Below are positions 25,139-39,309 of a stretch of DNA of 64,000 bases, in pieces; position 1 is the first letter of the stretch, and every line of letters starts with the position of its first letter. The DNA is from Hypanus sabinus (lineage: Eukaryota). The notes beneath the pieces are model-generated. The model saw only the letters and a list, made by a program, of their open reading frames with translations. It was not told the origin of the DNA and did not search any database. Where the stretch lies: assembly GCF_030144855.1 (NCBI RefSeq), contig NC_082712.1, positions 141,918,001 through 141,982,000 on the forward strand. Direction: 5' to 3'. A program made the position numbers and the translations under genes.

Positions 25139-25898
25139 TCACACATTCATCCTATTCCTACCCTCACTGGCATGTAGCACAGACAGCAATCCAGAAATTA
25201 CTACCCTAGAGGTTCTGTTTCTCAGCTTTCTGCCTAGCTCCTTAAAATCTCTCTTCAGGACATCCTCACCTTGTTTACTTATGTCATTGGTGCCAATATA
25301 AATGAAGACTTCTGGCTGCTCACCCTCACCCTTGATAATGTCATTGACATGATCTGAGACATCCCTGATCCTGGCACCAGGAAGGCAACATAGCATCTGG
25401 GTGTCTCTATTGGACCCTCAGAGCCTCATCTCTGTTTCTGTGACTAAGGAATCTCCACTCAACATTGCAGTCCTCTTCGTCTCTCTGCTCTTCTGAGCCA
25501 TAGCACCAGACTCCCAGACTCAGTGCCAGACCCGGTCACTGTGAGCCCCCATCTCACCCGCACTCTGGTACTTTGTTCCTCTCAATAGTATCTAAAGTTG
25601 TATGCTTATTATTGACGGAAATGGCCACAGGTATATTCTGCACTAGTGGTGCATTTCCCCTCCTTCTGACAGTCACCCAGTTACCTGTCTCTTGCAACCT
25701 AGGGGTAACTACATCTCTGTAGTTCTTGTCTACCACCTCCTCATTCTCCCGTATGAGTCGAAGGTCATTGAGCTGCAGCTCCAGTTCCTTAATACGTTCT
25801 CTCAGGAGATGCATCTCGGTACACCTGGTGCAGATGTGTTTATCTGAGAGACTGGTCATCTCCCAGACTTCCCACATCCCATACAGACTACAAAACAC
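25139..25898 (-). pseudogene. CR1 ORF1: zinc finger, coiled coil and SGNH esterase domain
   Basis: C..C / ICTRC followed by a leucine heptad; CLPGARIRD, IGTND and VVISGLL. Confidence 0.82.
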
Positions 25899-27389
25899 TA
25901 CCCCTGGAGCAGGTCATGATGCAGGATGTCGACCCAAAATACTGACAATTCCTTTCTCCTTCAGATGCTGCTTGACCAGCTGAGTTCCTCATATGACAAC
26001 GCTCCTTCCCCATACTATCCCAAGAATTAAACTGGGGAATCTCTTCTGAATTTTCTTCAAAGCAAGTACATCCTGTCTTAAGTAAAGTGATCAGAAATGT
26101 ACACAATACTCCTGGTGTGATCTAACTAGAGATCTACACAATTTCACCAAGGCACCTGTACTCCTGAACTCAAACCATTCTGCAATGGCAAACAATGTGA
26201 ATCGTGCTTTCTTAACTGCTTTCCCTACTGGCAAGTTCTCTTTTGGAGAGTAGTGTATCGGACATTTTGTATATTCCCCAATCTATCATCATTCAATTAC
26301 ACACTGCTCTGTTGTGTTTCTAAGCAGTACTGCATCTGCTATGTATTCCTCATAAAGTAAATGTGCCACTCTGTCACCAGAATGATACCAGATCTAAATG
26401 GTTTTAATTATGAAGACAGGTTGCCCAGACTAGACTTGTGATTACTTAAGGGTGATCTCATTAAGGTACTTAGAGTTAAATAATTTGTCAGGAAAGAGAA
26501 GAAAAAACACTTCTGATGGGGTAGAGTATAACAAGAATGGAAATCTAGTTTGTTCAGGAATAAAAATCAATATTTACTTACAAAGGATAAAAAAAATCTG
26601 CATTACTAAGACAATTGAAAACTTCAATGGTAAACTTGATCAATTGAGAACTTGAAAATTGAGGATGGTAGGCAAAGGACAGCGGTTGGTAAGTGTGGCC
26701 GAGTTGCAGATCACTCATGATCCAATTAAAGAGCACAACAGGATTTAAAGAATGGTTCCAGTGGCATAAAAAATGTGCACAAGGTTAGACCAAGCTCAGA
26801 CAAGTTGGAATTGAATTAGACAGGTTAAAGGAAGATAATGTGCTTGTGCAAAATGACCAAAGTGAGAAGTTATTGTCTAAGGCAGACTAAAACAATGCAA
26901 TCATTAAAAACATATCATATGAAATTAAATCACACAAAATACGTAAATATTGCTTACCCTCTTTGCAAGCCTCAGATGCAAGGATACCAATATTACAGTA
27001 TTTACAAAATGAGACCTCTTCTATGCTCATATAGAATTGAGTAGCAACAAAAATGGTCAGTATTATCTGCCCATAAATGCACAAATTCTACTCATACACA
27101 AAACCACTCTGTGGAGTCCAATTTTTCTACTATAACCTTCCAGGCTGTTATGGATAAAATTTTGCCAGTAGTTGCCCATTGCTTGAGTATCCAAAATGAT
27201 GTGTCGATTGCCAGAATACTTAAATTTGAAGGGTGTGCTATGAACATAACGCAAAGATAAACTAAATGGGCATTTTTTGCAACAATAAGAATGAATGTTC
27301 AATGCCAAAAGCCTACAAATTTAGGAAAGAAGGGACACTATCAATAATGCATTAAAATCTAAAAAGGTAGAAAACTGAAAAGCAGGACC

Positions 27390-29520
27390 TCAAGCGTAGT
27401 TACGCTTGCTGCCAGTGCCACGTGGGATCATTGGGATCTCTTCTGGAGACGGTACCATGTGCACAAAAAGGACAGGTTACACATGAACTTGAGGGGGGTG
27501 GTCAAAACTCCTGTGGGCAGGTTTGCTAGAGCAACTAATTTGGCAAAGTACGGGAATCGGAATGATAGCGCGGAGGATTGGGCAGATAGTAGACAAATCA
27601 ATGTGGTGTGTAGTGAGACTGTGAGGAAGAACAGTCAGATGATGGTGACAACCTGCTGTTAGTGGGATGAACTGAAGTGTAGCATGGGGACAAGATTAAA
27701 AATGTTGATAAATACAACACTTAGAGGCACATGGTAAAATAAGCCAAAGTCATCATGGTTTCCTGAAGGGAAAATCTTGTCTGACAAATAGTGGACAAGA
27801 GTGAGCAATAAAGTCCAGGGAGTAAAAAACTCTGACCACATCTGAGTGTGTTTGAGGAAAAACTCCAAATGCATGAGGTTTCAGGATACTTGGAGGCACA
27901 TGATAAAATAGGCTGCAGTCAATATTTTTCTTTTGGGGAAATCTTGTCTGAGAAAGCTGTTGGAAGTTTTAGAATAGCAGGCAGAATAGACAAAGGAGAG
28001 TCCGTGAATGTTTTTTCCTTGGTTTTTCAGGCGGCCTTTGACGTTTGGATAAAGAATATAAGCTGCTAAAGAAGATAAGAGTCCATGATATTACAGGAAA
28101 GATACGAGCATCAGTAGAGGATTGGCTGATTGGCAGGAGGCAAAGAAGAGAAATAAAGTATAACCATATAACAATTACAGCAGGGAAACAGGCCATCTCA
28201 GCTCTTCCAGTCCGTGCTGAACACTTACTCTCACCTAGTCCCACCTACCTGCACTCAGCCCACAACCCTCCATTCCTTTCCTGTCCATATACCTATCCAA
28301 TTTTTTAAAAAATTACATAATCGAACCTGCCTCTACCACTTCTACTGGAAGCTCATTCCACACAGCTACCACTCTCTGAGTAAAGAAATTCCCCCTCGTG
28401 TTACCCCTTAATTCTCACTCATGTCCTCTTGTTTGAATCTCCCCTACTCTCAATGGAAAAAGCCTATCCATGTCAACTCTATCTATCCCCCTCATAATTT
28501 TAAATACCTCTATCAAGCTCCCTCTCAACCTTCTACGCTCCAAAGAATAAAGACCTAACTTGTTCAACCTTTCTCTGTAACTTGGGTGCTGAAACCCAGG
28601 TAACATTCTAGTAAATCTTTTAAAGTCTTTAAAACCTTCTAAATCTTCTAGTAAAGTAGCCTTTTCTTTTTGGCTGATGGAGACCTGTGGTGTCTGCAGG
28701 GGTCGGTGTTGGAATCATTTCTTTTTATGTTGTCTATCAATGACTGCAGCGATATTGATGGCTTGTAGCCAGTTTTGTAGGTGATATGAAGATAGGTGAA
28801 GGGCTAAGCAGTGTTAAAGATTCAGGGAGTCTTCAGAAGGACCTAGACAGATTTTGAGAATGGGAAAAGAAGTGGCAGATGGAGTATGGTGTTGGGAAGT
28901 GTATGGTCATGTAATTTGGTAGAAAGAATAAAGCTATTGACTATTTTCTAAACAGGGAGAAAATTCAGAAATCAGAGGCGCAAAGGGACTTAGGAGTTTA
29001 AGAACAGATGTGCTGGCATTGGAGAGAGCCCAGAGGAGGTTTATGAATATAACTCTGGCAATGAAAGTTTTAACATACGAGGAGCATCCGATCCTGTACT
29101 CACTGGAGTTTAAAACAATAGTGGGGGGGGGGGGGGTGGAGGGGGAGTCTCACTGAAACGGACTGAATATTGGAAGCCCTAGGTATAGTGGATGTGGTGA
29201 GGATGTTTCATGTAGTGAACGAGTCTAGGAGCAGAGTGTACAGCCTCAGAACTGAAGGATGTCCCTTTAGTACAGAGATCAGGAGAAATGTCATTAGCCA
29301 AAGGGTGGTGAATCTACGGAATTCATTGACACAGAGGGCTGTGGAGGCTAAGTCATTGGGTGGAGGTTGAAATATTCTTGGATACTCAGTAAGCTGGGAG
29401 AAGGAAGGAGAATGGGGTTGAGAAGGATAACAAATCAGCATGATGGAATGGGGGGTGCAGACTTGTTGGGATGATTGGCCTAATTCTGCTTCTATGTCAT
29501 ACAGTCTTATGGTCTTGTGA
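27390..29520 (+). mobile_element. Rearranged CR1 relic with a nested minus-strand CR1 3' fragment (~28160-28620)
   Basis: ORF1 end (WDHWDLFWR..KKDRLH), duplicated and deleted RT pieces, CR1 3' UTR; the nested piece encodes LGLYSLERRRLRG. Confidence 0.75.
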
Positions 29521-30121
29521 TCTTATAGTCTTATGAAAATATAACAGGAACAAAATCCTTCCTAGGAAAGATAACATTTTTATATGGATTTTTTTTTCAA
29601 ATCTAAGAAATTTAGTGAAACTCATTTTGTGCTTATCATATTACACAAGTTATAGTTGACATATGAAGAGCCAAGTTAGAATACAGGTGCATTACTAAGT
29701 CTTGTGATGGATAATTGGCAAGAGAAACCCATTACTTTTGCTTTTCACACTTTTTCAAGGAGCAAGCACAATTATACCACAATCAAGATGGAACCATTTT
29801 GACTCAGAGCACTGCATCAGAACTTTGCCAGAATAATCAAGTATAAGTCATTACTGGTGATATTACATCTCACATCGATGATACTTTTTACGATAGTATC
29901 AAGGATGTAAAGATTAAATATCTTTTTTTCGTAACATAGTCATACAATTGAGCAGAGGATTTCCCACTCTGTCAAGGCTACTGTGTGAGAACTCTAATGC
30001 TGAAAGTGAAAATGTGAAACATGTGATAAATGAGTTGATGACATTTTTCTAGCAGTTGCTTTTGATACTGCAGTCAAGTCAGAAGCAGTCAACAGTGTAA
30101 ATGAGCAAACATTAAAAGGAT

Positions 30122-30218
30122 GGCAACACACAAGAGATGCTGGTGGAACACAGCAGGCCAGGCAGCATCTATAGGGAGAAGCACTGTCGATGTTTTGGGC
30201 TGAGACCCTTCGTCATGA
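30122..30218 (-). mobile_element. Short Penelope-terminal-repeat-like element with degenerate hammerhead motif
   Basis: Minus strand reads tgacgaagggtctcagcccaaaacatcgacag; same family as 38376-38507. Confidence 0.65.
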
Positions 30219-30239
30219 TGGATAGAGTTTGATCAATGT

Positions 30240-32170
30240 ACAGGTGAAGAATTCAAACCTTTCAATAGCCATTGCAATGAGTTATCCTGGGAAGATTGGA
30301 TAATGAATGGGATTGATGTGCCCAAATGGGGGAATGGATTTTAGCTGAACATGGTACTCAACACACATGTATAGTCTGTATGAAAGCAACAGCAAGCACC
30401 TTTGTTTACTGGTCTTGCTTGAACAATGGCTTTGGATCATTGGTAAGCAAATTCAGTACTTATACAAGTACTTACATAAGGTGTTGCATTTTTGAAGGAC
30501 AAATCAAGGTAGGACATACACAGTAAATGGTAGGGCACTGAAGAGTGCGGAGGAGCAAAGGGATCTGGGAGTTCAGATACATAATTCCCTGAAAGTGGCA
30601 TCACAGGTGGACAGGGTTGTAAAGAAGGCTTTTGGCATCCTGGCATTCATAAATCAAAGTATTGAGTACTGTATAGGAGTTGGGATGTTATGGTGAGGTT
30701 TTATAAGACATTGGTGAGGCCAAATTTAGAGTATTGTGTGCAGTTCTGGTCACCTAACTACAGGAAGGGTATCACTGAGATTGAAAGAGTGCAGAGGAGA
30801 TTTACTAGGATGTTGCCGGGTCTGCAGGAGTTGAGTTACAGGGAAAGATTGAACAGGTTAGGACTTTATTCCTTGGAGTGTAAAAGAATGAGGGGAGATT
30901 TGATAAAGGTTTACAAAATTATGAGGGGTATAGACTGGGTAAAAATGAATAGGCTCTTTCCACTTAGATTAGATGAGATAAATATGAGAGGACATTGCTT
31001 TAGGGTGAAAGGGGAAAGATTTAGGGGGAACATTAGGGGGAACTTCTTCACTCAGAGAGTGGTGGGAGTGTGGAACGAGCTGCCACCTTACACAGTAAAT
31101 GCGGGCTCACTTTTAAGTTTTAAAAATAAATTGAATAGATACATGGACTGGAGGGTTATGGACTGGGTGCAGGTCAATGGGACTAGCGGAAAAAAGTTTC
31201 AACACAGACTAAGGGCAGAATGGCCTGTTTTCTGTGCTGTAGTGTTCTATGGTTCTATGTGAACATCCTTCATAAAATGCCCTTGCAGTTTTGGCCTTGA
31301 CCTATGAATCTTTTCAGAGACTACACGTACAAGTTTGTAAAGAGGAATGACCTTGTCCTACTACCCCTGTGGATTACCTGAAGAGCTCATTTCTGACAAT
31401 AGTCAAGTTCTGAATCACTCTATTTGCAAACTTTTAAAATGGAACAATATCAAAGGCACTTTTGTTGTTTCCAATGATTTAGTTGCTAGTTGAGTAGCCA
31501 AGGAGAAAGTCAACAAAGGTGACTTTGGGATGAAGAGATGATCTCAAGGTTCAAAGGTCGCAGCAATAATTGAAATTCAGAATGCAATATTGCTTGCCTA
31601 GCTTTCTGTTGAAGTAAAACCAAATCCATATGCTGCCACAGTGCACATACCTGTAGCATTGCTGCTGGAGAAGACTGAGAATAATCATGAGGCTTGCTCA
31701 ACCAAATTAAAATACCAGGTTTATTCAGAAACTAATACTTCAAAATCATCACTTGAGACTAATCAGAAAGAACATAGCTTCAAGCAACATGAGCACATTT
31801 CTATTTTTAGCCCACCCACTAAGTTGACCTCACACAAGTCTGTGGGAGGAACGAGTGTAAGAATTTGCAGATTTGAGAGATACTTTGCCATAGAGCCATA
31901 GTCATTTGAAAATGGCAACAGCTCTCAAAGTGCTGACCTGACGCAAATGATTTATGCTAGAGATAAGCCAAACTTGGATAGTGAATCACTTGGTCGTGAA
32001 GTTGTGTCTGATTTTGATCCTCTGCAGTTTTTTGACTTTCTTCTGAAGAATGAAATCAAAAGCAAGTCTGACATATATACTGCACTTTCTTTGGGTTCAC
32101 ATGCAGAACCACACAGTTCAAGAGTTGATTCAACATCAGAACCATTAAGGAGATCAGGAGGACTCTGATA
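30240..32170 (+). mobile_element. Very old Gypsy integrase relic, split by a CR1
   Basis: Residual motifs MKATAS..VYW (near 30380-30410), GLPEELISDN (near 31372) and terminal PLRRS. Confidence 0.5.
30425..31259 (+). mobile_element. CR1 3' fragment
   Basis: ORF 30690-31262 with YKTLVRPNLEYCVQFWSP and FFTQRVV; (ttctatg)n tail. Confidence 0.9.
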
Positions 32171-34999
32171 AACTGATTACAAAACTAGAATTTTAACACG
32201 TTAATTAAATGTTGTTCACGTATCTCCTGTTCAAGGACTGAGAGTCATGCACAAGAGGATATAGCTACAAAATAATAGGCCAATCATTTAAACCTAAAGG
32301 TTGTGGACGCCAGATCATTAGAGAGTTTTAAGATGGGCATAGATAACTATTTGAAAAATTGAGAAGTTGAAGTTTACAGGCAACTGGCTCAGAAGAGGAA
32401 TTGAGGCCAGCGTAGATCAGCCATGATCATTTTGAATGGCTAGTCAGGTCTGAGCAGCCTGGTGACCTACTCCTGCTCCTAACTTCTTGTGAAATTGTAT
32501 GTAGGAAAACAGTTACCTTTATTTAAAAGGGTGCAAGCGCAATATAAATATGTATTTTTGCACTGGCATATTGCATTTTGCATGTTTTCATACTGGAGAA
32601 GAGAATTAGACAGTGAGCCTGCTTTATAACAAATCTGCAGATAGATTAAGTCTCAATATGTGAATTATTTAACTTGTGTCTTACAAATTAAACCATTTTT
32701 GATACATAATCTATTATGTCCTAATACACATGAAGAAACTACACAACCTTTCCATATTAATACCCCCAGTGACAATCTCCGGATGTCCCAAAACAACTTA
32801 CTATTAATGACTTTGTGTGTAGAGGCATATACACAATATATCTGTTTGGCATTTGATGTAGTCAGAATGAAACAAGTTCATATCATTGAGAATAAACTAT
32901 ATGTGACAACCAATTTACCTTGTCTTAGCAAAACTGTGTACATAGTGTATGGAGCTCTTCAGCGGACATGACAGTACAACTTCTAAGCCCTTCTAGGGTT
33001 AAGATCTGTTTTCTCCACAAACTGTCAGCTTCCTAATGCAGTTACATTAAAGTGTTTTTCTGAATGTGATGCTGCTTTAACAGGGTCCTGAGGGCATTGT
33101 TAGTTATCATTGCCTATCACTGTTGAGAGTAAGAGGCTGGTAAAAGCAATTTTATCTTTGGTCCCAGTCATCTACAATATACACAGAATGTGGGTTTTAG
33201 CAAAAGAGTACTTCCTCTGCTACAACCTCACTGATGATTTTATCATGTTCTTCATGCAATTTAGGGCAATCTAAAGATTTGGTAATGCCCCTAAAAAAAG
33301 AAAAAATTCACAAGGTCACATCTGTCATACATCAACATTAGATGGAGAGCATCAGCTTTTAAGTGCTTCAAGTTGTACTGAGTGAATGAGTGTGGAACAA
33401 TAGATCTGAAAAAAATAATGATATCAAGTAGTTGATGGCAGTGATTCATTTAAATTGCTACGTCTGCTGGAAATAAATTTCACTGGATTTCACAAAACTG
33501 GGAGAGCGACTTTATTTACAGTATCAAGAATATTGAGCTATAGTAATATACCAGAAAGAAAAACATAACACAAACTAAAGCAAATAAACTGCATTATTTG
33601 CTTTAAAGTTTTTTACTATAACCAAGATGAAAATGATATGAATTCATTGATAATAGGATCTAGCAACCTAAAGATTTGTTTCATTCACCTTTCAAACACA
33701 ATGAACCAAATCATGTAGGCCGTTCAACCACTTCAATCGAATTAAGAGCAGGATGTATAAGATCTGTGAGTCTGGGATGACTAGCAAATTTAGGAGCTGG
33801 ATCCCAATAGCAGGGCCCAGTCTTGCCCTGGAAAGTGAATACTGCATTTATCACAATGCTGGATGTGAGAATGAAAAGGGCATTGGATCTATCATCTGCA
33901 TCTGCTCCAGGCTTATACAAGCCCACTGGAACTGTGACTGATTTTGCCATGTGCAGGACAAACCTATTGGGCCAGGAGTCCAGCTTAAACAATATTTTAA
34001 TTTTGTTGTACATTTTATTGTTTCACAAGTGCAATTTACAGAAATAAGTTTTAAGCTCTGTCCCATTTTAAACTTTTCAGCAAAAGGAATCCAGTTGGTC
34101 TATAAAAGCTTCTCTTCAGTCCCTATAGTCTGAAAGTGTTAACTTTTAGGGGAAGGGATGGTAAAAAAGAGATGGAAGATTATAGGTCAAAGACATTAAT
34201 GGAGCATTTAGCTTCTGAAGCAAGAGTTCATATTAATTCATTCTTGTCACTGATAAGCTAACAACAGTTTGGAAGATGAGATGGATAGGTTCAAGTGTGC
34301 AAGTATCTCTTTTGCACATAATAGGTCATGAATGAAATGCTAGTCTTACATTGTGTGTCAACCGTTACCAACCAGTACAGTATATTGAATCATTTAATCT
34401 GACATCAAAATAAATGATAATAACTTTCTAGGTGATAATGGCAGGTAGGCCTTAGGCCAACAATACTTGCATTCTCATTAGGTTTGTAAGCAGGTCATTT
34501 TTGCTGGAACTGTAATTACATTGCAAATTTATGAAATCTTATGAATAAGCTTAGCCAAGACAATGAAACAAAAATAACGGAAGTATTTCACACAAACTCT
34601 CAAATTTATGGTTCCTCATATTTTTTCCAGGAATGCTAGAAACCAGGAATTCCAGGTCTCCAGCAATGGCATAGGCCTACTCTGTCACCCACTGTTGCTG
34701 GTTGTGGTTACCACATTGACTCCACTGACTGGAAACCCCTTTCTTAGCCTATACTAGATTAAAGCTGGCATGAGCATGTCATTCCCCTCTCCAATGAATG
34801 GCTGTGATCTACTACAATACTTCTTTAAATATATTTTAGATGTTATAAATTAATTTTCAGCAAGTGAATTTGTTTTTTTAAGTTTTAAAAGTGGTAAAAA
34901 TATTCTTTTTAACAGCATCACCTGCAAGATGCAGCTCAAATACTGAAATTCAGGTGACTTGGTCTTGGAGTATTGTTGTATGTTCACTGTAAGTTGAAC

Positions 35000-35400
35000 A
35001 ATTTTCTCTAGTTAGCTCCAGCTCCACTGGAGCTTTGTTGGAGGTGAAGAGAAACACTGCAGCAAGAAAGATTCAGAAGTTTGTTGGGGAAATGAGACAG
35101 CCTTTGCTAACACCAGTCTTCACTGAGATTGGTTCTGCTGGGGGTGATTAGTTAGAATCATTGCATGACAAATAGAGATGAATTTCTGTGGCAGTTGAAT
35201 TTGAGGAGGATGATCCACAATCCCTCTTGGTTAATGGTGTCGAAGGCCATCTATAGAGAGGATGGTGCTGTTCCCTGCATTTCACTTGGAATTGTTGAAC
35301 AGTGAAGCTGTGCATAGATTGTACCTGGATGGACAGAATCCACATTGTGATTTGGATAGCAACCACACCAGTGTGGATTCAATTATAGACCTTGGCTTGC
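35000..35400 (-). mobile_element. RTE-clade LINE RT relic
   Basis: AFDTINQEGLWIIL and PISVKTGV..GC motifs on the minus strand. Confidence 0.55.
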
Positions 35401-36900
35401 ACTTCTTGCTTTCATTGATGGCCTCCACTACACTTTCATATCAAGGAAAGTACAAAAAATGACAATATTTCCATAAGAAAGGACCTACAAGCATAAAAAC
35501 AACCTCAATACTCTTCTTCATCAGATTGAAATCATTTACACTTGATGAGCTTTCTCATCTATTGCACCAATTTTTCAATTGCTCTCAGACAAAAAAAAGA
35601 AATGTCATGTTAAAGTGATCCCTCATGCATGAGGGCATTGGAAACAGATGTCAGCAGCTATATGACCGTGAGGCACATCAGGCTTCACCAGGATGGTTTT
35701 CAAGTTTGGCATCCTCTTAATCCTGGGTGGAGGTAATGACTGTACATACTCTCCATGATGAAAACCATCTCTTTTCACTCAGGAACTTCATTTGTATCAG
35801 CTTTGTTTCATTCCATTTACTACTAGCTTCATTCTTTTCTGCCTGCCTATTATGATGACCTCCTGACTGGCCACCTATTTTTTCACCTAAAAACTTGGTC
35901 ATAAGAAACTCTGCAGTTCATGCACAAGCTCAAGTTGACTTCCACTGACCTAAATTGGTTCCCCTCCTACTAGCACTTTAAGTTTTGTTTTCTCACATGT
36001 TTAAGTTTTTCCAGTATTTTCCTCCTCATTGACTCCGTATCTTCATCTTCAACCCTAAAATTCACATGAAAACTACACTTTCTTCTGAGTTTGGGCTATC
36101 AAGAATGACATGCTCTTTTCTTTACCCTTCATTCCCTCCTTAAACACCTCATCTCTCTCTGTCTTCCATGAAGTTTCTCAATCACCTTTACAAAATTTAC
36201 CAAAATTTTAGCTATTCCATCTATACTTCTTTCCATAAATCTGTTTTAGTTTAATTATACATGATCGGTAATCTGCAGCAATTTCCTAAATTAAAGATGC
36301 AATATGAATATAAATTTGATTCCATAAAACAAAATAAACATCATGCAAATCATAGCATCATGAATAGACAGATTTGCCTTTGACGCCAATGTCAATGATG
36401 GAAGCTGAAGCAACATGAATTTATTTTCTAGTTGCAATTTTAATCAGTTTTGCAGAATGAAATTCTGACTTATGTTGGGCCTACTATTGTGAGCTCACAA
36501 CAGCAGGACACTCTCCAGAGGACATCAACACTGCATACCTGCTGCAGACAGTTGCAAGGCTCGCTGGTGTGTAGAATTACTTGCAACAACTGGGAATAGG
36601 AAGAAATCACACACTAAAAGGAATCTGCTGAGATAATGGCATCTAATCTTATCATTTTACAGCCCTGTTGCTGCTCATGGATAGAGCACCTAGCATTAAC
36701 TAGCAACTTACACTAACCAGCTATCAGTATTTGCATACAGCAGCCTCTTGCCTCTTGTAGAACTATATCGAACTGAAGGTGAGTAGATGCCGGAAGGCTG
36801 GGTGAAAATGCAACCTTGGCTCTCACTGGCATTAAGGTTCTGAAGGTGTTAGGTTAAGCAGCTAACCAGATACGAATGATGACAGAACACCAGGTGGAAC

Positions 36901-37115
36901 TGTGGTGAACTACATATACCTGTCTGGACACGCCCCCTGCTGACTGCTCCTGTGGCTTCTCCCACAGACCCCTGTATAAAGGCGATTGAGACCTGAGCCC
37001 GGCCTCATTCTCCAGGATGTAGTATGGTGGTCAACTACTGCTTGTTCCTTCTTCCAGTCAATAAAGGCCGATATCTCGCCTTTACGTCTCAGAGAGAGTT
37101 ATTGATGGTGCATCA
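36901..37115 (+). mobile_element. Solo LTR-like element (215 bp)
   Basis: TG...CA termini; tataaa (~36975) and aataaa (~37060); GC-richer than its flanks; no matching TSD. Confidence 0.65.
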
Positions 37116-38375
37116 ATCCCCAATCTTATTCTCAAGTTTTCTTTCATCGTATGTCACCTCAACCACAAGCATTTAAAGAACAAATGTTACGCTTAATTTG
37201 AACTTCACTACTGCCAAAATGGAATACAATAACTTACATTTTGATGCTTTGCCTCTCCTTGAGTTCCCATGAAAATTCATGTTGAGAGAACTTTTCCATT
37301 TCTTTTTTTTGAGGCGGGGTGGGGGGGTGGTGTCCTTTTGCAGTTTAATTACTACTCTTGTATGGTCTGAATTCTGAATATTTAACAGCTTTTAGATGTT
37401 TAAAATTCTACATAAATGTTTCATTTTTCTCTGAGAAGTATTTCACCAAATAAAAAATTATGAAAATCTTGGTAATAAAAATGACAAAAGAATAAAAGCC
37501 CAGCGTAATCAAAAAATTTACATTAAAAATAATAAGTGACAATAGACCTACTGTCTAATTAATAGCTACACTGTACCTGAAACTTTAAGTACATTCTGAT
37601 GGCTAATCAGAGCAAATAGAATAGTAATAACTGAAACAGTTAATTCAAGCATATTATAGTGTTTAAATTAAGCTGTCACTCTGTGTCAGCAACAGGAGTT
37701 GGGGTCCAGCCCACGGAGCAGCTGAAGGAAAGACACAGTGCAGAAGTGGCTGTATAGAACCGCAGCTAATTTTCAAGCTCCCAATTGTCTGTTCTGTTCC
37801 TGTGCCATTCACAATACAACTTGAAAATGTGCCTCAAGATGTTTATCCAAGCAGTTCCCTGTAATTAAAATGTTGATTGCATTACTAAACAAATAAAATA
37901 GCTTTCATTTCTACATTGGGTTTAAGTGTTGGCTTTGCTTCCATTATAGTGAAATTGCTCTCAACAGAAATTTGATCTTACTGGGGATAATACGAATGAG
38001 AAGATAAATTTAACTAGAACTCAAAATACTCTTTTGAGGGGCACTCTGAAGGATTTTAGAGAAGGGTAAAAAACTTGATTGCTGATTTTTGATTTAGTGA
38101 AAAGAGGGAGAGGTTCAGTTTTCCGTGGTATTAGATACAGATGGCGTCCGCGGTGCATTGATATGATGGATCTGGAGAAGTTTTTAATTTGTGTGACTCT
38201 TTAGATGAGTAAACACTAATGAACTGAATGGTAACCTAAAACAGCCAGCAACTAACCTTGGATTAAGAAGTAACTTTTTTATACTTGTGTTTTCCCTCAT
38301 CTTGTCAGGCATCTGCCATTCATTATGGAAAATGCTAAATAAGTTGGCACGTTGAAAAAAAAACATACTGAATTA

Positions 38376-38507
38376 ATCCTGATGAAGGGTCTCAGCCCAA
38401 AACATCGGCTGTATACTCTTTTCCATAGTTGCTGACTGATGCTGAAATCCTCCAGCATTTTGTGTGTATTACTTTGCTTTCTAGCATCTGCAGATTTTTG
38501 CTTGTTT
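38376..38507 (+). mobile_element. Short Penelope-terminal-repeat-like element with hammerhead-like motif
   Basis: ctgatga-a-ggg-tctcag-ccc-aaaa-catc; exact 8-bp TSD ctgaatta (38368-38375 / 38508-38515). Confidence 0.75.
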
Positions 38508-39020
38508 CTGAATTACTTCTGCTACAGGATGAAATTTAGGAACATTGAATTGGGAGAAAGGAAGATATATGTTGCTGGCTATCTGGTGGTACCCTGGAGA
38601 AATGCTGACTACTGCAGTGAACTTGGCATTCACTTTGGTAGCACAGATTGTGGGAATGCACAGAAAGTTATCGAACCTCTTGGTCCAACCTGAACTCACC
38701 CTTGGTATTCCATTTACTGCTGCACCATGGGATTGGGATTCGTATCTGGACCCTCAGCTTATGGCGGTAATAACTACTGCACCTATGAAAATTGGTGTAA
38801 GGATATGTTGTAATGAGGGCATTGTGAATCTCCCACAGGATACAGATAGATTGAGTGATTGAGTGAAAAGCTGGCAAATGAGATTTATTTGGAGATCTGT
38901 GAGGTCACTTACTTTGGTAAGTAAGTGAGAAGAATGGTAAATGGTGAGAATCGAAAGGTGAATTATTATGTAAAAGGAGAGATACTGAAAGTGATTGAAG
39001 TACAGCAGGACCCAGGGTAT

Positions 39021-39309
39021 TTTTTTTTGTTTTTTTAAGATACAGCATAGAATAGGCCCTTCTGCCTTTCGAGCCATACTGCCTAGCAATCCCCTGATTT
39101 AATCCTTGTTTAATCATGGAACAATTTACAATGATCAATTGACCTACCAATTGGTACATTTTTGGACTCTGGGAGGAAATTGGAGCACCCAGAGGAAATC
39201 CACGGGGTCACAGGGAGAACATACAAACTCCTCACGGGCAGTGGCAGGAATTGAACCCAGGTCGCTGGTACTGCAAAGTGACGTGCTAACCACTATGCTA
39301 CCATTTCAC
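39021..39309 (-). mobile_element. tRNA-derived V-domain SINE (HE1-like)
   Basis: A box TAGCATAGTGG, B box GGTTCAATTCC, V-domain ggagtttgtatgttctccctgtg, CR1-like tail plus A tract. TSD cccagggtat / cccagtgtat. Confidence 0.85.

Larger units (their letters stand above)
16995..25900 (-). mobile_element. Near full-length degenerate CR1 LINE (element A: 16995-19549 and 24551-~25900)
   Basis: RT YLDFQKAFDKVPH and KFADDTK; endonuclease MRDFN and YLNARSV; ORF1 at 25139-25898. Confidence 0.85.

Noticed and set aside
39240-39305. tRNA gene
   Set aside because: The A and B boxes belong to a SINE head followed by a V-domain and LINE tail; no complete cloverleaf.
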